Below, one piece after another: positions 62,284-64,000 of a stretch of 64,000 nt of DNA. A program made the translations under genes and the position numbers. The stretch is taken from the NCBI GenBank assembly GCA_963713975.1, contig OY970218.1, forward strand, positions 2,368,001 through 2,432,000, in the 5' to 3' direction. Each line of letters begins with the position of its first letter. The first letter of the stretch is position 1. Under the pieces are notes generated by a model, which saw nothing but the letters and a program-made list of their open reading frames with translations, was not told where the DNA came from and did no database searches. Origin of the DNA: an uncultured Chloroflexia bacterium (GTDB lineage: Bacteria > Chloroflexota > Limnocylindria > Limnocylindrales > CSP1-4).

Positions 62284-62388
62284 CGCGGGATGATATCGGT
62301 GGTTGGCTTACCCCGATGGGCCAATCGGTCCTGCCTCCCGTGTGACGATGGGCCGCGACCGTCCGCCCGGGCGGGTACGCTTGCGGGC

Positions 62389-63600
62389 ATGATCCGGCCC
62401 CCTCCGGACCCCGACGCCTCATCCCTTGCCCGGGACCCGGCCGCGCTTGCCGCGCGCCTCGTGGCCATCGACCCGGAGGCCGCCGCGCGTCCCGCGGACA
62501 TCCGCATCGTCCACGCACCCGGGCGGGTCAACCTGATCGGCGAGCACACGGACTACAACGAGGGATACGTGCTCCCGGTGGCGATCGACCTGGGAATCGC
62601 GATCGGGGTCCTGCCGACGACCGACCGGAGGGTGACCGTGACGCTCGCTGCGACCGGCGAGACGCTCGGCTTCGATCTCGACGCCATTGGTTCGCGGAGG
62701 GGCGCCTGGATCGACTACGTCGCAGGTGCCGCCTGGGCGCTGGCGGAGACAGGCGTCGCCATGCAGGGCTTCCGGGGGGTGCTGGCCTCGGACCTTCCCC
62801 AAGGGTCCGGGCTCTCCAGCTCCGCCGCCCTCGAGCTGGCGTCCTCGCTGGCGTTGTGCGGCGGCGATCTGCCGCCGCTGGACCGGATGACCCTGGCTCG
62901 GACGGCGCAGCGGGCCGAGAACGGCTATGTCGGCGTCAACTGCGGCCTGATGGACCAGTTCGCCTCGGCGTTCGGCGAGGCAGGGCACGCCCTGCTGCTC
63001 GACTGCCGGACACTCGACCATCGTTCGATCCCGATGGCCGATCCCGACCTCGCGCTGGTGGCCTGCCATTCGGGCTCGCCCCGCAAGCTGGAATCGTCCG
63101 CGTACAACGAGCGCCGGTCCCAGTGCGAGGCGGCCGTGGCGGCCATCGCGGACGCGGAGCCCAGGGTCACGGCGCTGCGGGACGTGACCCCAGCGATGCT
63201 CGAGGCCGCCCGGTCCCGGATGGACCCGATCGTCGCGGCCCGCGCGGAGCACATCGTCCACGAGAACGACCGGGTGCTGGCGGCCGTCGCCGCCTTCGAG
63301 GCCGGTGACCTGGACACCGTGGGGCGTCTGTTCTACGCGAGTCACGCCTCGATGCGGGACCTGTTCGGGATCAGCAGCCCTGAGCTTGACGCCCTGGTCG
63401 AGATCGCCGCGGGCGTCGAGGGGGTCATCGGCGCCCGGCTCACCGGCGGCGGGTTCGGCGGCTGCACCATCAACCTGGTCCGCCGCGAGGCCGTGCCCGC
63501 CCTCCGCGAGGCCGTCATGCGCGACTACCCGCACCGGACCGGTCTGACGCCGCGCGTGTTCGAGGTGGCGGCGTCGCCCGGCGCCCGCCGCATCGCCTGA
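62389..63600 (+). CDS. galK: Galactokinase
   Basis: [52 protein letters not shown]. Confidence 0.97.
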   Translation: MIRPPPDPDASSLARDPAALAARLVAIDPEAAARPADIRIVHAPGRVNLIGEHTDYNEGYVLPVAIDLGIAIGVLPTTDRRVTVTLAATGETLGFDLDAIGSRRGAWIDYVAGAAWALAETGVAMQGFRGVLASDLPQGSGLSSSAALELASSLALCGGDLPPLDRMTLARTAQRAENGYVGVNCGLMDQFASAFGEAGHALLLDCRTLDHRSIPMADPDLALVACHSGSPRKLESSAYNERRSQCEAAVAAIADAEPRVTALRDVTPAMLEAARSRMDPIVAARAEHIVHENDRVLAAVAAFEAGDLDTVGRLFYASHASMRDLFGISSPELDALVEIAAGVEGVIGARLTGGGFGGCTINLVRREAVPALREAVMRDYPHRTGLTPRVFEVAASPGARRIA

Positions 63601-64000
63601 TGGAGGGCTCGCCGGTGCCGGACCACGCCCCCGAGCGCCCGAATGACGACGCCGTCACGGCCCTCGAGGCAGAGCCGCACCGCCGGCACAACGCGCTGAC
63701 GGGCGAGTGGGTGCTGGTCTCCGCGGGGCGGACGAAGAGGCCCTGGCTTGGTGCCGAAGAGCCGGAGCCCCCGGAGGAGCGCCCGGTCCACGATCCCGAC
63801 TGCTACCTGTGTCCCCGCAACTCGCGGGTCACCGGGGACATGAACCCCGACTACGCGTCCACGTTCGTGTTCACCAATGACTTCGCGGCGCTGCGCCCGG
63901 ACACCTCGGAGGAGCGGGTGGGAGAGGGGCTGTTCCGCGCCGAAGGGACCCGGGGGACGTGCCGGGTCGTCTGCTTCTCGCCGCGGCATGACGTGACGCT
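63600..64000 (+). CDS. galT: Galactose-1-phosphate uridylyltransferase (partial)
   Basis: [54 protein letters not shown] overlap with galK; runs off the window end. Confidence 0.93.
   Translation, partial: MEGSPVPDHAPERPNDDAVTALEAEPHRRHNALTGEWVLVSAGRTKRPWLGAEEPEPPEERPVHDPDCYLCPRNSRVTGDMNPDYASTFVFTNDFAALRPDTSEERVGEGLFRAEGTRGTCRVVCFSPRHDVT

Overview
High-GC (roughly 70-75% by eye) bacterial chromosomal segment with about 58 densely packed genes. I found no tRNA, rRNA, CRISPR array, transposase or phage gene. Protein style, F420 use and a TolC-less efflux operon suggest a monoderm such as Chloroflexota or Actinomycetota; this is inference only. Blocks in order: (1) aminotransferase end and NitT/TauT ABC ATPase; (2) HtrA-MoxR-DUF58-VWA; (3) MarR-controlled MacAB-like exporter and an MFS transporter; (4) ArsR-SRPBCC and DUF1801; (5) upp, asparaginase II, J-domain protein, DtxR, gltX; (6) a dispersed phosphate regulon (PhoB-like regulator, DUF47, Pit, PhoR-like kinase, EEP, GDPD) interleaved with proS and a second J-protein; (7) class II UvrA; (8) a decaying L-arabinose locus with araB intact, araD and araA broken and the ABC transporter apparently deleted; (9) a polyphosphate cluster: sixA-phoU-pstBACS, Ppx with a large charged low-complexity N-terminus, CYTH-CHAD and ppk1; (10) DUF971/YbjQ, an ABC-2 exporter, a degenerate ATP-dependent ligase and three peptidases; (11) NUDIX, PfkB, F420-dependent G6P dehydrogenase, EamA, galK and partial galT. 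The most notable signals are the Ppx/CYTH-CHAD/Ppk1 module, 11-bp-periodic Pho-box-like repeats, pervasive leaderless promoters and the pseudo-ligase. All assignments come from motif recognition; no database searches were run.
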